From the IMG/VR virus record IMGVR_UViG_2784746786_000001, positions 9,339 through 73,338 of that record: DNA of 64,000 nucleotides; one strand, given 5' to 3'. The translations under genes were made by a program, and so were the position numbers. A model generated the notes under the pieces. It searched no databases. It was not told where the DNA came from and worked only from the letters and a program-made list of their open reading frames with translations. Shown here in pieces: positions 28,401-38,191 of this stretch; positions within the stretch are counted from its first letter, which is position 1; the number at the start of each line of letters is the position of its first letter. This DNA is from a virus.

Positions 28401-29173
28401 GGATTGCGCTTGAAAGCAGTGATGCCAATGACGCGATGTTCCTTGAAGGACAGCAGGAGCTGGCAAAAGAATATGTAGAGCTTTGGAAGGCATCACATAA
28501 GACGGTGCAGAGCTATGCGGCTACCCTTGCGGCAAATGTAAATCAGACTATGGCAGACAGCTTCAAGGAATTTATTCAGGGAACGAAATCTGCTATGGAT
28601 TTGGTACATGATTTTGGGCGTGTTGTGCTGAATACCATCGCTGAGATAGTTGCCAAGCAAGCTGCATCTCAGCTGGTAGGCTCGCTCTTTAAGTCATTTA
28701 AATTGTTCAGCGATGGCGGTGAGATAAACGGCTATGCATCTGGCGGAGCACTTGCCGGCGGCAGTATCAATGGAGCTGGCACAGGGACCTCAGACAGTAT
28801 TCTTGCCTACCTGGAGCAGACGGGGCAGTTTATCCGTCTTTCTGACGGTGAGTTTGTCATGACTGCTGAGGCTACGAAGAAAAACAGACCAATGCTGGAG
28901 GCGATGAATGCCGGTGCCTTTAAAAATGGCGGTTCAATTTCAGCTCCAGCGATTAGAAGTGCTAGTGCAGACAGCAGCTATGGCAGCTCGGCATCAGCAC
29001 CCAAGGGCGGTGTCATTGTCAATATTACCAACAATACCAACAGCGAGGTCACGGCAAAGCAGAGCGGCTTTGAGCAGTCTACACAGCGGTACATCCTGGA
29101 CATTGTGATTGACGGCGCACAGCGGAATGTGAATGGCTTTGGCAATAACCTGAAAGCAGTAATGGGGGGATAA
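25439..29173 (+). CDS. Tape measure protein with internal NlpC/P60-like domain
   Basis: MSVISSLMVKIGADSS start, Ala-rich helical body, ENTCAIFAS...GGHVGIY, and C-terminal GGSINGAGTGTSDSI..LSDGEFV. Confidence 0.9.
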   Translation: MSVISSLMVKIGADSSGLKKGLDEAKTAVEKSFDTNPVSKFSAHVEDTGKRMEGLIGRMKTFAAVAAAGFGLSALVNDAAAAGDNIYRLSQRMHISAGEAGNLSRIMSLTGGDVTSLSTAMMRLDKSFTSASTEGEKTRSILAAVGVELTNANGQLLPINEQLKGLAAGYKKATEAGYGQELIMNTLGVRGMALVSTLEQYNDAAETAGKVKTIGLDAKGMHELNMQLKIMQMESSQIQLALVAGFAPVVNEFLPGIMSGLQSTVTFLRENKTEIATVTKAAVEFYAAMKAISLIGSAGAGILSFWNSIKVAAVQTAVVQETAEAELSAAQIKHINKVVARSQQAYTKREIDAIRAAQQEGLASDEARAKLETNLVAIQLEAEKSAASISAAFTRHFMEVNRAAAVMAAETNTAIASTGVTAAEAIAVQTTATANLTAAHMAEGTAATVAGAKNTAAKGAATKATAAQIVATGQLTAAHVAEGTAAAAAGVKSISFTGTAIKGVRTLGTAVLALTGGWIGLAAAIAYAGYCLYQYKNEQFAEEKAHTYSVDGENYIEKDGYFYRKGTGRVLNPEALNSGYVNDEEIEYDTGGQLVSDDSLNEKLQSAWWERHKDDADYKAQLEKEEADERLRNADSELAALMQNMNSAGSTESSGGSAEKQPVTYQVAVPIGEDIVGSALNHIGESWGENTCAIFASSMLEEAGVYGLSDPNGDNMKANAGAAYHDVNDGYQPKAGDIIEWGGHVGIYDGNGGYIASNTKTGIHQGSMAEAEDWFGPVQGYISTAEYTGNKTVTKTMDSEAKAAEDSLQKLNKAKEDATKLFNSMEIEIGRETKTDYSYGMDQLEANIRKKQVEINQLKTAGVDTTMLESELADYGAALKSKVVEKWQEASESIKNTTAITLAETNSDYKAAAEAQYQMTLTKLSKERKDKEKAVLKDKDDAEGRLAIDKWYVAESNKAMKELTKAKNESFNRAISDFQSLGDLKNIRIALESSDANDAMFLEGQQELAKEYVELWKASHKTVQSYAATLAANVNQTMADSFKEFIQGTKSAMDLVHDFGRVVLNTIAEIVAKQAASQLVGSLFKSFKLFSDGGEINGYASGGALAGGSINGAGTGTSDSILAYLEQTGQFIRLSDGEFVMTAEATKKNRPMLEAMNAGAFKNGGSISAPAIRSASADSSYGSSASAPKGGVIVNITNNTNSEVTAKQSGFEQSTQRYILDIVIDGAQRNVNGFGNNLKAVMGG

Positions 29174-29174
29174 T

Positions 29175-29534
29175 ATGCGTACATTTCCAGATATAGAGCC
29201 GAATATTCCAGCGGCAAATTCCTGTGGAGACAGCTACAAAATGTCTATAACGGACAGTACGATTTCAACGACTACGGATGCCAACTATAAACACACCAGA
29301 CCACGAGCCACGAGAATGCTGGAATCGTGGTCGTTTTCCTGGGTTGCGCTCTCGGCTGAGGAGTTTAATGTCATCACCTCATTTTTCCGCGAGGTTGGCA
29401 CCTTTGAGCAGTTTTTATTCAAAAATCCTATCGATGGCAAGGCATATACCGTTCGGTTTGCTGAGGCGATGAAGGACTGGCAGTACGTCTACCCTTACGG
29501 CTGGCAGGGCAAGCTGTCTTTTGAGGAGGTCTAG
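29175..29534 (+). CDS. Distal tail protein (lambda gpM-like)
   Basis: Follows the tape measure gene; FLFKNP..GKAYTVRF...LSFEEV. Confidence 0.65.
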   Translation: MRTFPDIEPNIPAANSCGDSYKMSITDSTISTTTDANYKHTRPRATRMLESWSFSWVALSAEEFNVITSFFREVGTFEQFLFKNPIDGKAYTVRFAEAMKDWQYVYPYGWQGKLSFEEV

Positions 29535-29536
29535 CT

Positions 29537-30121
29537 ATGCAGGTATGGTCACAGGCGGCAACGCTTGCAAAGAATGCACTCACCAATGACGGTGCGTTCC
29601 TTATTTTTCTTGAGATAAGATATTATGGGCTGGCAACAGTAAGACTGGTGCGAAATACAGATGATGTAAAATGGCAGGGCGTCACCTGGACGAGGTTTCC
29701 CTTTGCGCTTGAAACGTCATCTGAGGATGGCAAAACTATCCCGTCCATGAATCTTCAAATCTCAAACTGTCAGGGCATGATTCAGCAATACCTGCAAAAG
29801 TACAATGGCTTTTGTGATGCTGATGTAAAAATCATGGTGGCTTACAGTAAAAATCTAGAGAATCCTAATCCTGAGTTTGAGCTGGACTATATAGTGCAGT
29901 CATCGAGCTATGATGAGGAATGGATAAAGTTCACGCTTTCTGCCAGCAGTGAGTTAATCAACCGATATCCGCAAGGTAGGTACATAGCAGATTTTTGCCC
30001 GTTTCGCTGCGGAGATATACGCTGCGGTTATACGGGAAATGATGTCTGTGTGAATACGCTGAAAAGCTGCCAGGTGCCAAGTCGCTTTGGCGGTGAACCA
30101 GGCATGACGACTACAAGATGA
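29537..30121 (+). CDS. Minor tail protein (lambda gpL/DUF1833-like)
   Basis: WTRFPFAL; C-terminal Cys cluster CPF.C...CGY...C...C. Confidence 0.65.
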   Translation: MQVWSQAATLAKNALTNDGAFLIFLEIRYYGLATVRLVRNTDDVKWQGVTWTRFPFALETSSEDGKTIPSMNLQISNCQGMIQQYLQKYNGFCDADVKIMVAYSKNLENPNPEFELDYIVQSSSYDEEWIKFTLSASSELINRYPQGRYIADFCPFRCGDIRCGYTGNDVCVNTLKSCQVPSRFGGEPGMTTTR

Positions 30122-30135
30122 TAAAGGAGGATAAG

Positions 30136-30525
30136 ATGCAGTATACAGATTTAATCGGTGTTCCGTTTAAGGACGGCGGCAGAGACAAAAATGGTCTGGA
30201 TTGCTGGGGACTGGTGAAAATATTACTAGAGCGTCAGGGCTATAAGTATATTCAGGACTACGATATATCCGCCTTTAACATCAAGGACATCCATGATGAG
30301 CTGGAAACAAACCGTCATACCTGGCGAAAAATAGAAAAACCAGAGGTGGGCTGTGTAATACTTTTAGCCAATGGCTGCACAGCGGCCGCAAACCATGTCG
30401 GCATTGTGGTGGATGATAGTAGGTTCATCCACGCCTATGCACGGACTGGTGTATGTGTTTCTACGCTGAAACGCTGGCAGGCACATATTCTTGGCTTCTA
30501 TCTGCCACCGGAGGTGATAACATGA
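30136..30525 (+). CDS. NlpC/P60 tail-assembly peptidase (lambda gpK-like)
   Basis: GGRDKNGLDCWGLV; NHVGIVVDDSRFIHA. Confidence 0.85.
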   Translation: MQYTDLIGVPFKDGGRDKNGLDCWGLVKILLERQGYKYIQDYDISAFNIKDIHDELETNRHTWRKIEKPEVGCVILLANGCTAAANHVGIVVDDSRFIHAYARTGVCVSTLKRWQAHILGFYLPPEVIT

Positions 30526-33500
30526 TTCAGATTATTGTTGTAGAAAATCCCTTGGAACCTAAAATCCATGAAACCTATGATGCCTATTATTCAGGCAAAG
30601 ACATCCGTTCCTACTATAACGTGACCGAGGCAAATAGTGTGTTTCTGAATGGTCAGCGGGTAAAAGATATGGATGGCACAATACCACAGGACGGAAGTCA
30701 GCTCATCATAACGCCATGTGTTGCTGGTGGTGACTTCGGTAAAATTCTAGGCTTTGTGGCAATGGTCGCATTGACGGCATGGAGCGGGGCCATTCTTGGT
30801 GGTAGTGGTGTCTTTGGAATGGCGATTAAGGGATATACCTTCGGTGCGTATCTTGCCGCGGGTGCGGTGATGTATCTGGGCGGACGGCTTATAAACAGTG
30901 TCTTTCCGCAGCAGGCGGCCAATGTGGGTTGGCATGACTATGAGAAATCGCAGACCTACGGCTGGGATTTACCGACAGTTCAGACGATGGAAGGCGGTGT
31001 CATTGGCGAAACCTATGGCACCTGTATTCCGCAGCCGCAGCTTTTAGAGGAGCACGTTGAAACAAGCGACCAGGACGGCAAGCAGTACCTAAATCTCTTG
31101 TACTGCGGCGGCTATGGTGAAATTGACAGCATCACAGATATTCGTATCGATAGTACACCTATAGAGAATTATAGCAATGTCCAGCTTGAGACACGGCTTG
31201 GCACTAATGACCAGACGCCAATCAGTTTCTTTACTAATACACCGACAGACCAGTCTGTGGGGCTGATGCTGGATATAAATCAGCCGCTTATCCGTACCAC
31301 AAATAGTACAGCGGCCTGCTCACTGGAGATTACGCTGGAGTGGAATAACGGTCTGTATCATCTGAATGATGACGGCAGCTACAGCAACGCCAGCATTTCC
31401 ATTCAAGTAGAATATAAAAAAACAGGTATCCCGGATTGGACACTCTCGGGAAAATACACCTTCACAAACAGCAGCCCGGATGCCTTTAGACGCTCGGTCA
31501 AGATTGCCAGCAATATCGAGGCGGGGCAGTATGATGTCAAGGTCACGGCAGTCAGTAAGGATTCTGGCAGCCGCAACATGACCATCACCTATTGGTCGAT
31601 TCTCACCTCGTACAATAATGGCGTCTATGTCAGACCAAACAAGGTGCTGGTGGCCATGCGAATACTGGCAACGAATCAGCTCAGCGGCGGTGTGCCAAAT
31701 ATCAACTGGCGGCAGACCCGCTCGAAGGTTTATGTTTATAACCCAAAGAAAAGTCAGTACGAGGTCAAGGCAGCGGATAATCCTATCTGGGCTGCCTATG
31801 ATATTTTGCATGGCTGCCGCTATCTCAAGAATCTCAACACCGGCAAGAAAGAGTACGTGGTGTTTGGTTGTCAGCATCAGCAGCTTGATGCGTACTTCGA
31901 ACAGTGGTGTGAGTCAGCAGCCTATGCAGATGAGCTGGTTCCGGATGAATACGGCGAGTTTGAAAAGAGGTATCTCTTTGATGCTTACTTCGATACCAGT
32001 CAGAAACGCTTCGAGGCAGCTACCAAAGCGGCTGCGGTAGGTCATTCCAGCATCATCATCCACGGCACGAGATATGGCATCGTAACAGATAAGCCGGGGA
32101 TGATTTCGCAGGTATTTGCTGAGGGCAGGACAACGGTATCCTCGGTCAAAGGTACCTTTACCTCCAAGGAAGAAAGAGCCAAGTCCGTAGAGCTTCAGTA
32201 CAATGACCGCCACAATGACTTTAAGAACACAGTGTTCACGCTGCGGTCTAAGGATTGGGCAAGCGAGGACTGTCAGGACAATACGGCACAGCTGACTTTG
32301 TTCGGTGTAAGCCGGAGAAGCCAGGCATACCGCGAGGGCGTCAGAGCACTTGCCACCAATGAACGCCAGCTGCAGTTCGTGGAGCTTTCCACGGATATTG
32401 ATGGCCTGGTCTGTGAATATGGTGATATTGTCGGCTATGCCCATACCATTTCAAGAGTCGGCATTGCCTCTGGCAGGCTCATTTCGGCTACAGCAAATAC
32501 CATTACCTTGGATAAGGCGGTGACACTGGATGCGGGCAAGACCTATGAAATCTACGTAACGCTCGCCAATGATAAGCTGGAAAAGAAGGAAGTCGCAGCG
32601 CCTATGCAAACTATCACCACAGATACGCTGACCGTGACGGCTGCATTTTCTGACGTTCCAGCACAGTATGATAACTACGCCTTTGGCGAAACCAACAAAG
32701 CCATCAAGCCATACCGGGTAGTCGGAGCGTCTCGTGATGGCGAAATGCTGGTTCAGCTCCAGCTTGCTGAATATGACGAATCTATCTATGCTACGGATAT
32801 AAACTACGACCGCTACCCGCATATGGATTACACTAATTATGCTGGTCTCAGCGGGGACAAAATCCAGTCTGAGGTGGCGGATTCTCTGGAGATAAACAGC
32901 CGCACCAATTATGTAAAGACAGAGGACGGCTATCAAATAATCATTACGAAAAAAGAGCCGGACAATATCACCTATACTTTTCCAACTGAGCCGGATGTTA
33001 TAGCCAATGGTCTCTTAAATATCTCGTTCGGCTCACGCGTTAGGACACTTGGCTATTATCGCCCGAATGATGGCGGCGGGGCAGAATACATCTGCCGCTA
33101 TATTTATGATCCGCAGAATCATCCGTGGGCGCTTTACCTGGGTGAATCTGCGGAATACGAATACAAGGTGGTCACCGACGTTTCGGGCATCCCAATGACG
33201 AATGTCAGCGGCGATTATGTCTATGAAACAGACAGCGAAGGGAAAATGGTGGTTAATACCGATGAGTTTGGCAATCCTAAGCGCCGTAAGATTTATGCGG
33301 TGATATGTGAAAAAGTAGTCAACTATCGGATGTTTGGGGCAAAGCTGGATGGCGTTACAGACGATTACCAAGCCATCAAGGACTGCCATGATTACCAAAT
33401 GAGCTGCTATGAGATTGAGCCGGAAAGCAAGCGCAAGCATTATCTGGTAAGCGTAGAAAATCATCAGGGCATTATAAGAAAGGACAATAATGAGCCAATC

Positions 33501-36500
33501 ACCTGTGCTGGGAACATCGATATTTCTGGCAGCAAGCTCTTAGTGCAGGACTGCAATGCTACCTGGTTTGGTTTTTACCTTTGGGGAGATAATGAAGGGG
33601 ACTTCATGACCTATGAGCCGCTGTACGAAACGAAGGAAACCTACCAGAAGGATAATTTCGTTATTGGGACAGAGGGAAAGCTCAGTCAGCTGGGAAACAA
33701 CTCGCTAATGTTCCTGAAGGAATCCAGCTATGCGGTGCGTGATGATGCCGGGTATCTCTATTCTGAGCCACGTTATGAATTGCTTTTCCACACCATGGAT
33801 GGAATCCTTGCCAATCCCATCACCTATGACTGGTCGATTGCTGGCGGTCTTGAAATAAAGACGCCAGTCTCAGACTATGTGACGCATGAGGTATCCACGG
33901 AGACGATAAACAGCCAGTTCGAGCTGTCCTATACACGGCTGCCAAATGCCCATTACAACTTTAAGGGCTGCCAGGTAAGGTTTGAGACCTCGGCAAATAA
34001 ATACTGTTCAGTGCTGTGGTGCAAATGCCATAACGCCCATGTATCTGGCTTCAGCTTTTATCCCGACACCAATCAGATGCATAACACGGTATTCAAAAAT
34101 ACCATGATTTATATGTGGGGCTGCTACAATGCGGAGGTCTCAGATATTACCGGTTTCAATAACTCCGGCAAAAGAGAGAATGGTGTTGATGCGACTTCTG
34201 GCTATGTCATACGTGCCACGAACTGTCTGAACCTCCATATCCATGACTGCCATGTGCAGGGCTATTGGGGGGCAACGGCAATGAATTGCGTGAAGGACGT
34301 GCATATTGAGCGTGTAAGCATCAACCGTCTGGATATCCATAACTATTTCTATAATCTCTACATCGATCACTGCAACCTTTTCAATCATGCCATTCAGATT
34401 GGTGAGGGCAGAGGCATCTGTCAGATTACCAATAGCTGCTTTTACGTCAATTCACTTCCAGCCGACAGCTACCCTCATGCCCATATCCTGGAGCTGAATG
34501 CCACCTATGGACGGATATTCGAGGGCAAGATTCTCATAGATAACTGCAAGGCTTATTTGAAGGATGCAGAGGGAGGTGAGTTCGATGTCATAAAATGCGA
34601 GTTTTCACCGGAGGCTGTTTCGACCTTGGATACATTCAAGTGGCCGGAAACGACTATCCGGGAATGTAACTTCTTCTCGTATAACCCAGGAACCTATCTT
34701 GTGTACAATATGGTATCCGGTACTCGAAGCTGCAGGACTTCGACCAAGGCACCGACTAATGTCAAGGACTGGTGCAAAGATACAGGCAATGCGGATAGCG
34801 GCAAGCTCAACTGGAAATATCTCGGCCGCGGCCTTGACTGGGTGAATGACGGCAATACCGCAAATCATGAGGTGTACAAGGGCGAGATCATCCGCACCTA
34901 TAAGACAACCATGACCAGTGATAATAAGACCGCCTTCTATGACAGGCATTATTTCGTGGTGGTGCAGGCGGGAAACCTGAACATCGCGGAAAAGCTCGAG
35001 ACGAATATGCCAAGCGATTTATCCGGCAATGAATTTACCTATGGCACAGCAATCCTAAGGTATGTGAAATGGTATGAATGGCAGGCAAATAAAAGCTATG
35101 TTGTTGGGGATTTCTGTTATGTGGAAAGCTCCATGTGGCTGCCGGTTTATTCGTGGGAGTGTGTTTCTGCAGGACTGTCCAATGGCTATCGCCCTGCACA
35201 TACAGTGGGAACGGTGATCGAGGGCGAAGATATCTATCCGAAGAATCTCGATGCTTGCTGGTGGACGTATGCTGGACCAAAGGCAGATTTCGTGAATGTC
35301 GAATTCAAGCCGAATATGACAGTTGAAAAAGGCCAAATCATCTATGCTGACCATAAGCTTTACAATGTTTTAGAGGCAGGAAAGCTGGATGCTATACCAC
35401 CGCAGAATACGGCATGGAATGGCTCTTTTAAGCATGGCACGGCAATGCTGTCCTTTATCGGCAAGGAATGGTCGAGCAAGACCTGGTGGGCCAAGAATCA
35501 CTACTGCATATCCGTTGACCGTAATGGTACTGAAGCAGTCTATAAGCTGGTCAAGCAGGACGGTACGACCTCCGGAGAATCACCAGTACGTGGAAATGCC
35601 CGCTGTGTGGATGGCGATATCATCTGGGAATGGACTTCAAGCGGGGATGACGGAAGTGCCTGGCTGCCGCAGACACGCTACAACGTAGGCGATATAGTTC
35701 ATGCCAATGGGAATACCTATAAGTGTGTATTCGATGGCAGGCTTGAAATGCCATCACATATTATTCTTGAAAACATCTCAACCAATATGACAGTTGGCGG
35801 AGATGTTTTTGCTTTCTATGAAGGAGGTACGGATGTACCCATAAGAACCAATTACTCTGGTAAGTGGACAATAAAGGTCGATAACGTGGAGCGGTATAGG
35901 TTCCGAGATTTTGCTGATGGATATTTTGGTGTCAGCTCGAATCCGCTGCCGACGATATATGGCTCTGGCGGCAGTTTGTCTGAGGGCTACAGCAAGACGG
36001 AGGTAGATGTGCTGCTTTCGGGCAAAGCAAATAAAGCTGCTGTCTACACCAGAGAGGAAATAGACAGGCTGCTTTCCGGCACTGAAGATGGCAAGGCTGA
36101 TGAGACTAGCTATACGAAGGCTCAGGTGAATGCACTCCTAGCCAAGAAAGCTGACCTAGAGCATGAACACAGCGAATATGCAACTGTGGCGGCTCTTGAT
36201 AAGAAGCTCGATGCTGACGATCTACGTATCCATGCCAGCCGTCATATCGGTACCCATGATGTGGATGAAGCAGGACTGGCTGATGGCATGGCTATGTATT
36301 ATGATGCAGCATCCAAGACCTACAAATTCAAGAAGGTCACGGCAGCAGATGAACCAGAAATCGACCCGCCAGCAGAGGATAAGGTGCCGCTCCAAACTAT
36401 CATCTACACGAAATCTGTTTACTGCGATAAGACCTTTACGTCCCAAGAAGCTGATGCGGATTACCAGTTCACCATTCCAGAGGGGGCAGAGAAGTTCCGT

Positions 36501-37187
36501 GTGGTTGCTGTTCCAGCTACTAGCGTGAGTATATCTGCAGATACTTATATTGAGTTTGTGAATGCCGATGGAACGCTGGCAAAGAAAGTCAGCTGGTCTG
36601 AGGTGTCCGCTGATGGCATTATTGCTGACTGTACTGTTGGCAAGACCTATGCCTTCAAGTGTTCCATTACAACAAGCGGTGCGACAACGATTGCACTCTA
36701 CGTTGATTGCGGTGAGAAGATCAACCAGCTCGTGGCCAATACTTCGAATGTTCCTGCGCTCGATAGCAAGAAGGTAGAAGAGCCGCCGATAGAGGATGCT
36801 GTGCCACTGACTGTTTTGGCTACCAAGACACTTACGGCCAGTGGCTCTGGTACAGAGTATGCGTGTGAGGATTGGTCAGCGGGCAGTGAGTTCCAATTTA
36901 CGATTCCCGTTAGTGTGACGAAATTCAGGTTCTCAGTAACGCCTGCAGATGCAACAGCAAGAATCAGCAATGCAGATGTTACCTTTATCGATGCCGATTG
37001 GAACGCACAGGTAAAGATCAAGGCGCAAACGCCAGCCGTGCTAAGCTGCATAAAGGGGAAGACCTATGCTTGGTGTATCTGGGTAGGTACGAATATGAAG
37101 ACAGATGTTATTTGTAAGGTAGAGGTTGGCGGTGAGGTCGAGACTTCGGCTGTGACCGAGGCAACGGTAATACCTGCCTATAGCTGA
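30522..37187 (+). CDS. Tail-tip hub (lambda gpI/gpJ-like) fused to tailspike/beta-helix and carbohydrate-binding modules, 2221 aa
   Basis: Ubiquitin-like N-terminus, GETYG..GGYGEID, DNPIWAAYDILH, RMFGAKLDGVTDD (pectate-lyase-like start), W...T.Y.VGD repeats and tandem C-terminal domains. Confidence 0.85.
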   Translation: MIQIIVVENPLEPKIHETYDAYYSGKDIRSYYNVTEANSVFLNGQRVKDMDGTIPQDGSQLIITPCVAGGDFGKILGFVAMVALTAWSGAILGGSGVFGMAIKGYTFGAYLAAGAVMYLGGRLINSVFPQQAANVGWHDYEKSQTYGWDLPTVQTMEGGVIGETYGTCIPQPQLLEEHVETSDQDGKQYLNLLYCGGYGEIDSITDIRIDSTPIENYSNVQLETRLGTNDQTPISFFTNTPTDQSVGLMLDINQPLIRTTNSTAACSLEITLEWNNGLYHLNDDGSYSNASISIQVEYKKTGIPDWTLSGKYTFTNSSPDAFRRSVKIASNIEAGQYDVKVTAVSKDSGSRNMTITYWSILTSYNNGVYVRPNKVLVAMRILATNQLSGGVPNINWRQTRSKVYVYNPKKSQYEVKAADNPIWAAYDILHGCRYLKNLNTGKKEYVVFGCQHQQLDAYFEQWCESAAYADELVPDEYGEFEKRYLFDAYFDTSQKRFEAATKAAAVGHSSIIIHGTRYGIVTDKPGMISQVFAEGRTTVSSVKGTFTSKEERAKSVELQYNDRHNDFKNTVFTLRSKDWASEDCQDNTAQLTLFGVSRRSQAYREGVRALATNERQLQFVELSTDIDGLVCEYGDIVGYAHTISRVGIASGRLISATANTITLDKAVTLDAGKTYEIYVTLANDKLEKKEVAAPMQTITTDTLTVTAAFSDVPAQYDNYAFGETNKAIKPYRVVGASRDGEMLVQLQLAEYDESIYATDINYDRYPHMDYTNYAGLSGDKIQSEVADSLEINSRTNYVKTEDGYQIIITKKEPDNITYTFPTEPDVIANGLLNISFGSRVRTLGYYRPNDGGGAEYICRYIYDPQNHPWALYLGESAEYEYKVVTDVSGIPMTNVSGDYVYETDSEGKMVVNTDEFGNPKRRKIYAVICEKVVNYRMFGAKLDGVTDDYQAIKDCHDYQMSCYEIEPESKRKHYLVSVENHQGIIRKDNNEPITCAGNIDISGSKLLVQDCNATWFGFYLWGDNEGDFMTYEPLYETKETYQKDNFVIGTEGKLSQLGNNSLMFLKESSYAVRDDAGYLYSEPRYELLFHTMDGILANPITYDWSIAGGLEIKTPVSDYVTHEVSTETINSQFELSYTRLPNAHYNFKGCQVRFETSANKYCSVLWCKCHNAHVSGFSFYPDTNQMHNTVFKNTMIYMWGCYNAEVSDITGFNNSGKRENGVDATSGYVIRATNCLNLHIHDCHVQGYWGATAMNCVKDVHIERVSINRLDIHNYFYNLYIDHCNLFNHAIQIGEGRGICQITNSCFYVNSLPADSYPHAHILELNATYGRIFEGKILIDNCKAYLKDAEGGEFDVIKCEFSPEAVSTLDTFKWPETTIRECNFFSYNPGTYLVYNMVSGTRSCRTSTKAPTNVKDWCKDTGNADSGKLNWKYLGRGLDWVNDGNTANHEVYKGEIIRTYKTTMTSDNKTAFYDRHYFVVVQAGNLNIAEKLETNMPSDLSGNEFTYGTAILRYVKWYEWQANKSYVVGDFCYVESSMWLPVYSWECVSAGLSNGYRPAHTVGTVIEGEDIYPKNLDACWWTYAGPKADFVNVEFKPNMTVEKGQIIYADHKLYNVLEAGKLDAIPPQNTAWNGSFKHGTAMLSFIGKEWSSKTWWAKNHYCISVDRNGTEAVYKLVKQDGTTSGESPVRGNARCVDGDIIWEWTSSGDDGSAWLPQTRYNVGDIVHANGNTYKCVFDGRLEMPSHIILENISTNMTVGGDVFAFYEGGTDVPIRTNYSGKWTIKVDNVERYRFRDFADGYFGVSSNPLPTIYGSGGSLSEGYSKTEVDVLLSGKANKAAVYTREEIDRLLSGTEDGKADETSYTKAQVNALLAKKADLEHEHSEYATVAALDKKLDADDLRIHASRHIGTHDVDEAGLADGMAMYYDAASKTYKFKKVTAADEPEIDPPAEDKVPLQTIIYTKSVYCDKTFTSQEADADYQFTIPEGAEKFRVVAVPATSVSISADTYIEFVNADGTLAKKVSWSEVSADGIIADCTVGKTYAFKCSITTSGATTIALYVDCGEKINQLVANTSNVPALDSKKVEEPPIEDAVPLTVLATKTLTASGSGTEYACEDWSAGSEFQFTIPVSVTKFRFSVTPADATARISNADVTFIDADWNAQVKIKAQTPAVLSCIKGKTYAWCIWVGTNMKTDVICKVEVGGEVETSAVTEATVIPAYS

Positions 37188-37207
37188 TTTTAAGGAGGAA
37201 AGATTAT

Positions 37208-37645
37208 ATGGTTTTATGGACAACTACAGAACTGAAGACAGGAACCCTATTCGGGCTACTGTGGGGGCTGCTGAATCTAATGCTGGGAGGCATTGATGCA
37301 CCGATACTTGCACTGAGCGGCCTGATCATGCTCGATTTCCTGACGGGCATTACAGCCGCCTATAAAAATGCAGAACTCAATTCCCGTACAGGAGCTGCCG
37401 GTCTTATGCGTAAGGCCGGTATCTTTGTCTGCATTATTATCGCCTATCTTCTGGACACTGCTACGGGGTTGATGATGTTTCGGGGAATGGTGATTACAGG
37501 CTTTGCCATCATTGAGGTCATGAGCCTGGTCGAGAACTTCGACCGCATGGGCTATGGCGAGATTATTCCCGTGTTTTTGCGGATACATCTGCAAAAGATT
37601 GCCGCTGAGAAGAACTTAAAAGTAAAGGAGTCTGATGACAAATGA
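37208..37645 (+). CDS. Holin (phage holin 4_1-like)
   Basis: Hydrophobic segments; LDFLTGI..A..S..G..G..RK...D; EVMSLVEN..RMG. Confidence 0.85.
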   Translation: MVLWTTTELKTGTLFGLLWGLLNLMLGGIDAPILALSGLIMLDFLTGITAAYKNAELNSRTGAAGLMRKAGIFVCIIIAYLLDTATGLMMFRGMVITGFAIIEVMSLVENFDRMGYGEIIPVFLRIHLQKIAAEKNLKVKESDDK

Positions 37646-38181
37646 AGATTTTTATCAATCCAGGGCATGCGCCAAACGGTCAGCCGGATCCAGGTGCCTG
37701 CAATAAATATACTGGGCTGCAGGAAAGTGAGGTGGCATTCTGTGTAGGTGAGAAGACAGCAGATTATCTTAATGCTGTCGGCATCGAGACGGAAAGTTTG
37801 CAGTCGGATAGTTTGGCGGAGGTATGTATTGCGGCAAATGCCAGCGGAGCAGATTTTTTTATTTCCGTCCATTGCAATAGCGCCAACACAACTTCCGCCA
37901 ATGGCACAGAAACCTGGGCATGCGCAGGCTCGGCTGAGGGAAGGAAGCTTGCCCAGTGCATCAATGACCAGATTGTTGACGCTCTTGGCACCACTGACCG
38001 CGGGGTGAAGATTGCCGCGCCAGGAATCAACGGCTTGTATGTTCTCAGCAATACAGATATGCCGGCGGTGCTCGTAGAGCTTGCTTTCATCTCGAATGCT
38101 GAGGATGTGGTGCTTCTTACCGAGCAGCAGGATGAGTTTGCCCGAGCCATTGCCCGTGGTGTGACGGATTATTTCAATTGA
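37642..38181 (+). CDS. Endolysin, N-acetylmuramoyl-L-alanine amidase, copy 2
   Basis: NPGH, ESE, SVHCN and LVELAF motifs; coupled to the holin. Confidence 0.9.
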   Translation: MKIFINPGHAPNGQPDPGACNKYTGLQESEVAFCVGEKTADYLNAVGIETESLQSDSLAEVCIAANASGADFFISVHCNSANTTSANGTETWACAGSAEGRKLAQCINDQIVDALGTTDRGVKIAAPGINGLYVLSNTDMPAVLVELAFISNAEDVVLLTEQQDEFARAIARGVTDYFN

Positions 38182-38191
38182 GGTGGTGGAC

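Noticed and set aside
30522-37187. Diversity-generating retroelement targeting the tail tip
   Set aside because: No reverse transcriptase in the window and no TR/VR pair with adenine-specific differences was found by eye.
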